A DNA stretch of 27,271 nt from an uncultured Candidatus Saccharimonas sp. (GCA_964349795.1 CAYGHF010000001.1:1-27271), one strand, 5' to 3'. Positions 9,023-16,843 are shown, counted from the first letter of the stretch. Numbers and translations are program-made. The notes: generated by a model from the letters alone, not told the origin.

Positions 9023-10477
9023 TTACCGCATCCATGGTGGCATGCGATGACGAACAATAAACCATGCCACGCCAGCAACAATCGTAGCTACTGTCATTGA
9101 TACGGCAAGCCTGTTACTGCTACTCTTGCTGGCTGCTATTTTTAGACTACTCACCACCATTTGTACTGGTGCTTGACTAGTAAACTTAACGCCATTCTTA
9201 TCGACAGTTTGGCTGGTGATCTCATCATCATCGTCAGCCGACGAGCTAGCATCACCTGTTGTGGTTTTATCGCTGGTTTGACTAGTCTCAGAACCAGAAC
9301 CGCCAGTGGTAGTAGCGCCAGAGTTCCCGCCCCCGCTGTTATCTTGGGCTACAGGATGTGTCAAAGTTTTGTAGGTAGAATACGCTGGTTTCTGGCTACT
9401 GTCAGGGCGAAGTAACCCAAACCAGCTCTCGACACTGTTTGCATCAGTACCAATATCTTGATAGCTGTACCAAAACAGTGGTCCAGCCCAACTATACTGC
9501 GCCGCCAAGTCATAAGCATTTTGGACAAAAGTCACCTGTTGAGCTTCGCTAACAGCAGCACTTCCGCCTCCTGTAGGCGCGCCAAATTCTGTCATCCAGA
9601 TTGGCTTACCACTATCGCCATTCGCCGCCATTAGGTCGCGAAGATTATTCGGCGTCGCGCTCATCTGACTCCATGAACTCCATGAAGCATACGTAGCTGG
9701 GCAGTCAAAAGTACCGGCAAAACAGTATGGATGATGTCCTAAGGCGTCAAAGTAACCACCTGCTCCGGCGCTATACATTTGCGTCAAGAAATCTGGCGGT
9801 GCGATATTTGTGCCATTACTGGCGGCTGGGCTAAGTCCGCCACTTACGACAACGGCATTTGGATCTGCACTTTTGATAGCATCATGTCCAGCTTTTAGTA
9901 TTTGCGTGTAGGCATTGGCGTCGGGTTGGGGAAGCCAGAAGGTGGTAATGTTTGGCTCATTCCATATCTCCCAATAATGTACGCCCTGAGAGGAGTAACG
10001 GCTGGCGACAGCACCTGCAAAATTGCCATAATCGCTTGCGTTTGCTGGTGCACACTTATCATCATTATTACAACCAGCTGGGCGGGCCCAAGCCGGCGTA
10101 TAGCTAATCGTACCAAGTATTTTTAGACCACGGGCTTTGGCTGCGCTGATGACAGCGTCATATTTTGTCCAGTTGTAACTACTCGGACCATCCGCCTGAA
10201 TGTCAGTCCATGCTATATCAAATCTTATCCAACGAGCACCAAGATCTACATATGTATCCAGCTCTTTTGCCAACTCTGACGCCGATTTGTACTGTATGTT
10301 GCCCCCCGAGGAAACACCAAATTTGTCTAACCCAGTAACTGTCGCTGTAGCAGCGTCAGACAATGGGCTATTCACGGCTAACCAAACCGACAAAGCACTC
10401 CAAACCACAGCAAAAGTAATTACCGATGTGGCAAAGACAAACTTGAGCGGACTCCCTCGCTGCTTCTTTTTCTTCAC
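9023..10477 (-). CDS. Secreted, C-terminally anchored clan GH-A glycoside hydrolase (GH5/GH39-like)
   Basis: Basic plus hydrophobic signal; WIRFDIAW; acid/base WEIWNEPN; nucleophile WMTEFG; S/T/G linker; C-terminal TM followed by RHR. Confidence 0.88.
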   Translation of the reverse strand: MKKKKQRGSPLKFVFATSVITFAVVWSALSVWLAVNSPLSDAATATVTGLDKFGVSSGGNIQYKSASELAKELDTYVDLGARWIRFDIAWTDIQADGPSSYNWTKYDAVISAAKARGLKILGTISYTPAWARPAGCNNDDKCAPANASDYGNFAGAVASRYSSQGVHYWEIWNEPNITTFWLPQPDANAYTQILKAGHDAIKSADPNAVVVSGGLSPAASNGTNIAPPDFLTQMYSAGAGGYFDALGHHPYCFAGTFDCPATYASWSSWSQMSATPNNLRDLMAANGDSGKPIWMTEFGAPTGGGSAAVSEAQQVTFVQNAYDLAAQYSWAGPLFWYSYQDIGTDANSVESWFGLLRPDSSQKPAYSTYKTLTHPVAQDNSGGGNSGATTTGGSGSETSQTSDKTTTGDASSSADDDDEITSQTVDKNGVKFTSQAPVQMVVSSLKIAASKSSSNRLAVSMTVATIVAGVAWFIVRHRMPPWMR

Positions 10478-10505
10478 ATAGCTAGTATATGTCGAGGAGT
10501 GGGTT

Positions 10506-12176
10506 TTACATACCCATCATGCCGCCCATGTCTGGGGCAGCTGGCGCTGGATTCTTTTCTGGTACTTCTACAACTAACGCACCCATGGTCATGGACGTGC
10601 CAGCAATCGATACTGCGTTTTGGATGGCTTCTTTGGTCACACGAGTTGGGTCAACAATACCCGCGGCTTTTAGGTCCACCAGTTTAGTTGGGTTTTCTAC
10701 GTTAACTCCGTAACCTGACTTTGCTTTTCGAACTTGGGGCAACCATTCATCGGGATTAATGCCCGCGTTTTCTAGCAAAATACGGAATGGTTGTTCAAGC
10801 GCTGTTACTAGTAGACGCTTCCCGAATTGCATGGATGTAATATCAACTGGGCTGTCGATTTTCTTAAAGTCCACCGCACGCTCAACATAAGAAGTCAAAT
10901 CAACTAGTGTGACACCGCCGCCTGGCACAATTCCTTCGTCTAGGGCTGCCTTTACGGCTGCGACTGCGTCATCGACGCGGAATTTCTTTTCTTCAATCTC
11001 TGTTTCAGTTGCGCCACCAACTTTTATAACGGCAACCTTGCCCTGCAAGGCAGCGCGGCGTTTTTCTAGGTTTTCTTTTTCGTATTCGCTAGTTGCAGCT
11101 TCAGTTTGTGCGGTAATTTGCTTGATTCGGGCAGCTACAGCATTTGTCTTGCCTGCCCCTTCAATGATTGTGGTCTCGTCTTTGGTCACAATGACCTTAC
11201 GGGCGCTACCAATCATATCCATTTCTACGTTTTCAAAGGTGTGGCCAGCGTCGTCGGTTATGACAACCGCGCCAGTCAGAACGGCAATGTCTTCCAATAC
11301 TTCCTTGCGCCGATCACCAAATGCAGGCGCCTTGATGGCAATGGTGTTAAACACACCTTTTAGTCGGTTCAAGATCAGCGTGCCGAGCGCTTCGCCCTCG
11401 ACGTCATCAGCAATTAGCACCAAGTCCTTTTTGCCAGCTTGGGCTAGTTTTTCTAGTACCGGCAAGAACTCTTGGATGGAACTGATCTTTTTGTCCGTGA
11501 TAACAACTGCTGGTTTATCGTAAACTGCTTCCATGCGAGCAGTGTCTGTCACCATGTAGGGGCTGACAAAACCTCGGTCAAAGGTAAAGCCTTCTACGAC
11601 TTCACTCTCTAGCAGTAGACCCTGTCCTTCTTCAACAGTTACCACACCGTCTTTGCCAACTTTTTCAATTACGCCGGCAATCAAGTCGCCAATCTCGGCA
11701 TCACCAGCAGAGATGGTAGCTACTTCTGCTACGCGCTTTTTGTTGCTCTTGATATCTTCACTCATGCTGCCAAGCTTTTTGATAACGTCAGCGGCAGCAG
11801 ACTCAAGACCCTTTCGAAGCAACATTGGGTTGTGGCCAGCGGCTATCAACTTGTTGGCTTCATTTAGAATATGGTAGGTCAGAACGGTAACTGTAGTTGT
11901 GCCATCACCTGCAACGTCGTTCATCTTGCTGGCGGCTTGTTTGATAAGCTCGGCGCCAACTTTGTAGCCCAACGTTTCATCATCTTCGTCTGCAATTTCC
12001 ACACCTTTAGCTACTGTTACGCCATCGTGCGTGACAGTAGGGCTGCCGTAGCTCTTGCTGATTACAACATTGCGACCTTTCGGCCCCATAGTGGTCTTAA
12101 CTGCGTCGTATAAGATCTGAGCTCCACCGAGTACTCGTCTACGCGCATCATCATCGTAAAATACTTTTTTTGCCAT
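10506..12176 (-). CDS. groL: Chaperonin GroEL
   Basis: TMGPKGRNV, AGDGTTT, AVIKVGGATE, GIVPGGG and GGM tail; SD GGAGG upstream. Confidence 0.99.
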   Translation of the reverse strand: MAKKVFYDDDARRRVLGGAQILYDAVKTTMGPKGRNVVISKSYGSPTVTHDGVTVAKGVEIADEDDETLGYKVGAELIKQAASKMNDVAGDGTTTVTVLTYHILNEANKLIAAGHNPMLLRKGLESAAADVIKKLGSMSEDIKSNKKRVAEVATISAGDAEIGDLIAGVIEKVGKDGVVTVEEGQGLLLESEVVEGFTFDRGFVSPYMVTDTARMEAVYDKPAVVITDKKISSIQEFLPVLEKLAQAGKKDLVLIADDVEGEALGTLILNRLKGVFNTIAIKAPAFGDRRKEVLEDIAVLTGAVVITDDAGHTFENVEMDMIGSARKVIVTKDETTIIEGAGKTNAVAARIKQITAQTEAATSEYEKENLEKRRAALQGKVAVIKVGGATETEIEEKKFRVDDAVAAVKAALDEGIVPGGGVTLVDLTSYVERAVDFKKIDSPVDITSMQFGKRLLVTALEQPFRILLENAGINPDEWLPQVRKAKSGYGVNVENPTKLVDLKAAGIVDPTRVTKEAIQNAVSIAGTSMTMGALVVEVPEKNPAPAAPDMGGMMGM

Positions 12177-12187
12177 TTCTGCCTCCG

Positions 12188-12457
12188 TTATTTCACCGTT
12201 GCTACGATATTTTTGTAATAAATGATGACGTATTCGTCACTGCCCTGCTTCAATTCAGTGGCTTCGTAGCTGTTCTTATAAATAATCTTGTCGCCAACTT
12301 TGACACCGTCAACAGATTTGCCAACCGCCACAACTTTGGCTTCTTTTGGTTTTTCTTTGGCGCCATCTGGCAAATAAAAGCCACTTGCCGTCTTGGCTTC
12401 CGCGGCGTGATGCTGAGCTACTACATACTCAGCCTGTGGTTGGATTTGTACAGCCAT
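12188..12457 (-). CDS. groS: Co-chaperonin GroES
   Basis: KTASGFYLPDGAKEKP, VVAVG, VKVGDKI; directly upstream of groL; SD GGAGG. Confidence 0.95.
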   Translation of the reverse strand: MAVQIQPQAEYVVAQHHAAEAKTASGFYLPDGAKEKPKEAKVVAVGKSVDGVKVGDKIIYKNSYEATELKQGSDEYVIIYYKNIVATVK

Positions 12458-12485
12458 CCTATAACCTCCCTTAAAGATTCATAAA

Positions 12486-12680
12486 GGGTTCAGACTTCTC
12501 GCAATAATCACTCATTCCGCACTTGATCGTAACAACAGACAGCACCAATGACGTGCTGCAATCGCCCATTCTTCGCTCAGCGTAGCTACGGCTATGCCTC
12601 TCTCAGATTGAACAATTTCGCTAACGTCAGCTACTCTCTGTTATCTACGACAAGTACAAAATGAGTGATAGTCTCAACCC
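12486..12680 (-). other. Rod-like ~195-nt hairpin in the groESL 5' leader
   Basis: Ends pair: gggtt/aaccc, agact/agtct and a perfect 10-bp atcactcatt(12507-16)/aatgagtgat(12660-69), continued by stacked helices whose G-U pairs work only on the minus strand. Confidence 0.6.
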
Positions 12681-12681
12681 A

Positions 12682-12708
12682 TTAGCACTCATAATACCCG
12701 AGTGCTAA
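12682..12708. promoter_or_regulatory. CIRCE operator (HrcA binding site)
   Basis: Exact consensus TTAGCACTC-N9-GAGTGCTAA upstream of groES-groEL. Confidence 0.97.
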
Positions 12709-12720
12709 TTTGCTTGTCAA
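12691..12720 (-). promoter_or_regulatory. sigma70-type promoter of groESL, overlapped by CIRCE
   Basis: TTGACA(12720-15)-N18-TATTAT(12696-91) on the minus strand. Confidence 0.75.
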
Positions 12721-12738
12721 CAGTTAGACTTAACCAAC

Positions 12739-12760
12739 AAAAAAACAGCCTTCGTGGCTG
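12739..12760 (-). terminator. Intrinsic terminator
   Basis: Minus strand CAGCC-ACGAA-GGCTG followed by T7. Confidence 0.75.
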
Positions 12761-12853
12761 CCTGATAAGTGAGAATTACGTTGAGATTACAGTGTGTGGC
12801 CAGAGACCGGAAGGAGGGGGTGGCGCGCAGCGCATGGTATGACCGCATGTGCG

Positions 12854-13316
12854 TGTCGTCCATGACATACGCGTCACCCCACTCCAACCGGAAACAACAC
12901 TCCGCCCAGCGTCCGGTCAGATCAGCGTAGAGGCTGATCTACGCGTATCTCACCGCCCCCCTTGGGATGACGCCCTGACGGCTTCGCCACGTTTGCGGTC
13001 TTGCCGCTTGGCGTCGCCTTGCTTGCGCTTCTCTTCCTTCTCTCGAAGGATCTGTGCCTTTGACTTTGACATATATCACCTCCTCAGGTGCTTGAGTGTC
13101 TACCGACGACCCATCTGGCCGGTGTATGCCCGAAAGGGCAACGGCTTCTGTCGGGCCAGACCAACCTCTCGAACGACTCGGTCGTCGTCCAGGTGGTAGG
13201 GGTCGCTGGCTGCACGCCGCAGCGCATCACGCACAAGTGTGCGTTCTGAGCCCTCACGTGCTCTTTTGTCTGACTTAGACACTACATGCTCCTGGTTGTT
13301 CATGTCGTCCATGACA
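12854..13316. repeat. 14-bp direct repeat, each copy a small hairpin (12854-12867 and 13303-13316)
   Basis: tgtcgtccatgaca occurs twice; the minus strand reads TGTC-ATGGAC-GACA. Confidence 0.85.
12950..13072 (-). CDS. Unannotated 40-aa basic small protein MSKSKAQILREKEEKRKQGDAKRQDRKRGEAVRASSQGGR
   Basis: AGGAGGTGA (13084-76) precedes ATG 13072, with 6 nt between AGGAGG and ATG; purine-rich coding-like sequence; 14 K/R and 6 D/E; stop TGA at 12952-12950. Confidence 0.6.
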   Translation of the reverse strand: MSKSKAQILREKEEKRKQGDAKRQDRKRGEAVRASSQGGR

Positions 13317-13485
13317 GGGGCTGGGTTTCACGTATCCTTCCGTGAAATACATAGTCACAATAGTGACTGCGCGTTTCACAGAAGGATGTCTGTAATCTCA
13401 ACGTACATGTGCCCGAACCTTGCGGCTCAAGGACACAACAAAATCAACAAAGCATGGCAAACCATGATTTAATCGATTTAGCAAT

Positions 13486-13513
13486 ATTATACCCCCGATT
13501 CTGTATTTTGCAA
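13486..13513 (-). promoter_or_regulatory. sigma70-type promoter pointing into the structured element
   Basis: Minus strand TTGCAA(13513-08)-N16-TATAAT(13491-86). Confidence 0.6.
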
Positions 13514-13547
13514 GAATTAAAAACCGAGCACTTGCTACAATACTCCT

Positions 13548-14132
13548 ATGCCCAAAACCGACTATTCCCCTGTTGTCGACATGCCGGCAAACAGTCCCTT
13601 TTTTGATTTCTCAATTGGCAAGATTACAGACGTTATGGCAGACGCAACTACCGGCATTGGCAAATACAACGAACGTCGGCAAGACGTCTATAGTGACTTT
13701 TTTCATGGCGAGCGCAACATACACGTTGGTGTCGACCTGTTCATGCCCGCCGGCACAACCGTGAAAGCCTTTTCCAAGGGCGAAATATTTATGACTGCCT
13801 ACAATAGTGCCCTAGGTGACTACGGCTATACGATAATCTGCAAACATAAACTTCACGATGGACGTGAAATATACGCTCTGTATGGTCATCTGAGTAGTGG
13901 GTCTACCTCGCATAAGTTGGCTGGCCAAACAATCAGCCAAGGTGAAACAATCGGCTGGATCGGAGATGAATCAGAAAATGGCGGCTGGCCACCACATGTT
14001 CACTTTCAACTATCTTGGGAAGCCCCAGAAACATGCGACATGCCCGGAGTCGTAGCCCAAAAAGACTTACCCGAGGCACTTCAACTATACCCCGACCCAG
14101 CATCAATATTGGACACTGTTGATTCAAAATAA
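13548..14132 (+). CDS. M23 family metallopeptidase, no signal peptide
   Basis: HxxxD (HVGVD), YGHL and HxH (WPPHVHFQ); TACAAT lies 6 nt before ATG. Confidence 0.88.
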   Translation: MPKTDYSPVVDMPANSPFFDFSIGKITDVMADATTGIGKYNERRQDVYSDFFHGERNIHVGVDLFMPAGTTVKAFSKGEIFMTAYNSALGDYGYTIICKHKLHDGREIYALYGHLSSGSTSHKLAGQTISQGETIGWIGDESENGGWPPHVHFQLSWEAPETCDMPGVVAQKDLPEALQLYPDPASILDTVDSK

Positions 14133-14175
14133 AAAACAGCCGTTTCTGGTAAAACAAAAACACGTGCACTAATCA

Positions 14176-14204
14176 TTGACATTCTGACATAAAAATGCTA
14201 TTAT
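14176..14204 (+). promoter_or_regulatory. sigma70-type promoter
   Basis: TTGACA(14176-81)-N17-TATTAT(14199-204), upstream of ATG 14226. Confidence 0.75.
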
Positions 14205-14225
14205 TGTATCTGCTAAATCCTAACT

Positions 14226-15047
14226 ATGTCAGAACCAAACCAAGAACCATCCGTAACTCCGTTTGACGAGACCCTTAGATCTCATTTTGAGGGTAATCCT
14301 GAAGCGCTTACTGGTATTACTACTGCGGAAGATGTTGAACGAGCCGCAATGGAAATCCTCGATGCACTGCCTGAGGGACGAGAGCTGATGGAACGAATTA
14401 CGACAGCCCGAGAAAAGAATCACGAAGATGTAGATGCCGTCCGCGAGCGTGGTAATCTATGGCGAGCAATTACCGTCGAGATTTCACTGGTCACAGGCGT
14501 AGAAATTGAAGCAGCAGAACACGAAGCGCAACGTGACACATACCGCAAAAACCTGCGGGGGCTTCTGTCATCTATAGATACAGAGGCGAGTGATGAGGAC
14601 ATTATGCTAAAACTTGGCATGATTCGCCCAGTTGAGGGCGCCCGAGGTCATATATTTAGTTTCCCAGCACGAGTCTTCCCGCCATTTGTAAAAGAACAAT
14701 GGGAAACCTACCTAGGCATGATCAAGCAGTTCGACGATGCCCAACGCAAGCTCAAAGCTGGCATTATCACACAAGAGGATTTTAACGGCATCGACCGAAT
14801 GCGAACCAGTGCACACAATACTGTTTCCCATTCAGTCGGGGAAGTCCTTGAATTCTCCGATTGGGAGCTCGATGACTACCGCCGTCTCGTTGCTAAAATG
14901 CGTGATGGTAAATTTGCAGAGCCAAAAGGTGAATTGGGGACATACGCTAGCTTGTTGAGAGAGCGTATCCCTGTTCCTGAACACCTAACAAATGTCCACC
15001 GACATCTCGGTAGACACGGTATTGGACAAGTTTCGGAATCAAGTTAA
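14226..15047 (+). CDS. Hypothetical acidic, helical protein
   Basis: 273-aa ORF with its own consensus promoter; no motif recognised. Confidence 0.7.
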   Translation: MSEPNQEPSVTPFDETLRSHFEGNPEALTGITTAEDVERAAMEILDALPEGRELMERITTAREKNHEDVDAVRERGNLWRAITVEISLVTGVEIEAAEHEAQRDTYRKNLRGLLSSIDTEASDEDIMLKLGMIRPVEGARGHIFSFPARVFPPFVKEQWETYLGMIKQFDDAQRKLKAGIITQEDFNGIDRMRTSAHNTVSHSVGEVLEFSDWELDDYRRLVAKMRDGKFAEPKGELGTYASLLRERIPVPEHLTNVHRHLGRHGIGQVSESS

Positions 15048-15130
15048 ACCTTAAGCTACTGATTGCCGAATCCGAATTTTCACATGATCTGCGGAACCTT
15101 ACTACCGCACCATAAATACAGAATAAAAAA

Positions 15131-15575
15131 AGCACAGATGGAGAAAGAGGATGGCGGGGCGACCAAGTGGTCGGGAGATGGAGGTAGTTTCGGGGCGAGA
15201 GCCGCGACTGACCTTCGGTATCCCGACCACTTGGCGCTGGATGCCACTGACTCGACGGGTGGGCAGATTTCGCCTCTTTCAACTGTGGTTGCTGAGACCA
15301 CGTCTACCCGCTGTCTGTGCTTAGTGGCATGCCCCTCCCACACGGTGATTGCTCGTCCCTCTCTGGGCGGATACCTTGGGACCCCGCGTGGTACGGAGAC
15401 TGGGGTGATGCGGGTAGCTTGCGCTACGGTGGATGCGAGTGCATCTCTCATTCCCCCCAAATGATGTCATGCTCTTGCGAGCGGCTTTTTTGGGCTTTTT
15501 CTCCTCTCTTGTCTTACAACTAGGTATCAAAACACACGGGCGTTCTGGTACCTAGCTGTAAAATCCATCTGTGCT
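15131..15575. ncRNA. Second candidate structured element bounded by a perfect 12-bp inverted repeat; strand uncertain
   Basis: agcacagatgga(15131-42)/tccatctgtgct(15564-75); 14-bp perfect helix 15163-76/15221-34; atgccact/agtggcat; 13-bp helix 15514-26/15549-61 with one non-canonical pair; several tetraloop hairpins. Confidence 0.45.
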
Positions 15576-15686
15576 GTTAAGGTGCTTTTGCCGGCTCTAA
15601 AACACGGTAAAACCGCGGAACTCCATGCAAAAGTTGATGCAATTTAACTCCCAACTGAATTAAATTACAAGAATATTTTTTACAAC

Positions 15687-16805
15687 TTAGCCGTGATAAA
15701 GCTGATCGGCCGACATACGTGTAACCGCAGCATTGATGACTAACTTGGCTTTCACGCGTGACAAATTAGCATCTGCAATAGCTTTATCGAGAGTTTCGAA
15801 GAAAGCATCGCCTCTTAGCGACTTCAGATCATAGGCTTCTTCGATCTGCCTAGCTTGAACGTCTATTGCTCGACATACAGCAGTTTCAAATGCCGCGTTA
15901 ATAACGCCTCTTCCTATAATTAACTCGCCAAGCAAAGCAGGTTTATGCCCATCAGCCTTGCCTTTAAGGACGTCATCCATTGATTTTGCGGTGATAAAGT
16001 GGACGTCTTGGTCTGTGCGTATAACTGAAAGTTTCCCAGGCTGCACTGGGTAAAGACGAAATATTACGGCCGTTGGAGTCTCTGCCAAAATCCTTGTCAT
16101 ATTTTGGGGGAAATTACGATGAGGATCGATCCCCAACACCTCACATGCAGCATTGTAACCCTTGAGGTAAACAAAATCACCCTGTGGGCCAACGTTATCC
16201 AAACAGATTATAGTCGTGGTATCTACCCGATCAGTGTGTGCACCGTGTTCTTGACGTCCTAAGGGATCTTTAGGGTCAAAAACCTGTAAGTTTATAACTG
16301 TCCCCTCATCAGGGTCGTCCGATACCTCTACTGTTGGATCCCTAGCAATTTCACGTATTGTTGGCGTCAGACCACGTTGCAAGGCAAGCACATCAGGTAT
16401 GTATTGACCGATGTTTTTATATGAAACCGCACGCATATGCCTCTCGGTTCCATTATAGGCATCTGCGAAATCACGGAGTGCGATAATGTCATCGCCCCCC
16501 TCTGAATCCCAAATATTTTGCAAATCCCCAATCGTACTCCATCTTGCAGCAGCCGTAAACTGCTCCACAGTAACTTGTGCCGACTCCCCTTCTTCATTCA
16601 TAACTGTGATTTTGCAATCCCCATCAAGTACTGCTGCACCATCACGATCGAACAAGCGCGCAGCTTCTCCTAGGTTTTTAGCAGGGCTTTCAAACCGCTG
16701 GACCAGAGCAACCCCCTCTACGCCCTTGAGATTTAACTCCTGTACATCAACATGTTCAATCATTGAAAATTCGGGTAGTTGGTTTGGGTCTTGTGTGAGT
16801 TCCAT
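15687..16805 (-). CDS. Putative 2-oxoglutarate/Fe(II)-dependent oxygenase (ArpA/BesD-like pattern)
   Basis: HxD in QEHGAHTDRVDTTTIICLD..QGDFVY and distal His in PGKLSVIRTDQDVHFIT. Own promoter TTGTGA-N17-CATACT ends 8 nt before ATG. Confidence 0.6.
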   Translation of the reverse strand: MELTQDPNQLPEFSMIEHVDVQELNLKGVEGVALVQRFESPAKNLGEAARLFDRDGAAVLDGDCKITVMNEEGESAQVTVEQFTAAARWSTIGDLQNIWDSEGGDDIIALRDFADAYNGTERHMRAVSYKNIGQYIPDVLALQRGLTPTIREIARDPTVEVSDDPDEGTVINLQVFDPKDPLGRQEHGAHTDRVDTTTIICLDNVGPQGDFVYLKGYNAACEVLGIDPHRNFPQNMTRILAETPTAVIFRLYPVQPGKLSVIRTDQDVHFITAKSMDDVLKGKADGHKPALLGELIIGRGVINAAFETAVCRAIDVQARQIEEAYDLKSLRGDAFFETLDKAIADANLSRVKAKLVINAAVTRMSADQLYHG

Positions 16806-16843
16806 ATCTGTTAAGTATGGCAGCTTTGATGACGCTTCACAAG

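Larger units (their letters stand above)
12777..13405 (-). ncRNA. Candidate large structured RNA (or small-ORF mRNA) bounded by a perfect 16-bp inverted repeat; family unknown
   Basis: tacgttgagattacag(12777-92) and ctgtaatctcaacgta(13390-405) are exact reverse complements. GC-richer than flanks, many nested helices, upstream promoter and downstream terminator. Confidence 0.55.

Noticed and set aside
12807-12815. CCGGAAGGA resembling the SRP RNA helix-8 loop
   Set aside because: The flanking CAGG/AGCA internal-loop motifs are absent, and it lies on the strand opposite the predicted transcript.
12849-13199. 116-aa plus-strand ORF
   Set aside because: Antisense to the SD-led small ORF and the predicted transcript; composition is typical of a shadow frame.
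13100-13312. 70-aa ORF MDDMNNQEH...
   Set aside because: No SD, no recognisable domain, and it lies in the most densely paired domain. Not excluded as a regulatory uORF, but unsupported as a gene.
12777-13405. Retron msr-msd (a1/a2 inverted repeats) or autonomous IS element
   Set aside because: No reverse transcriptase or transposase in the window, and the span is much longer than typical msr-msd.
15063-15464. Overlapping 133-aa (+) and 126-aa (-) ORFs
   Set aside because: No motifs, weak or alternative starts and no promoter; open frames are expected in GC-rich structured DNA.
15131-15575. RNase P RNA or tmRNA identity, suggested by size
   Set aside because: No GAGGAAAGUCC or P4 consensus and no tRNA-like ends on either strand.
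15594-15603. GTTTTAGAGC on the minus strand, resembling the start of a type II CRISPR repeat
   Set aside because: Single 10-nt match; no repeat-spacer periodicity and no cas genes.
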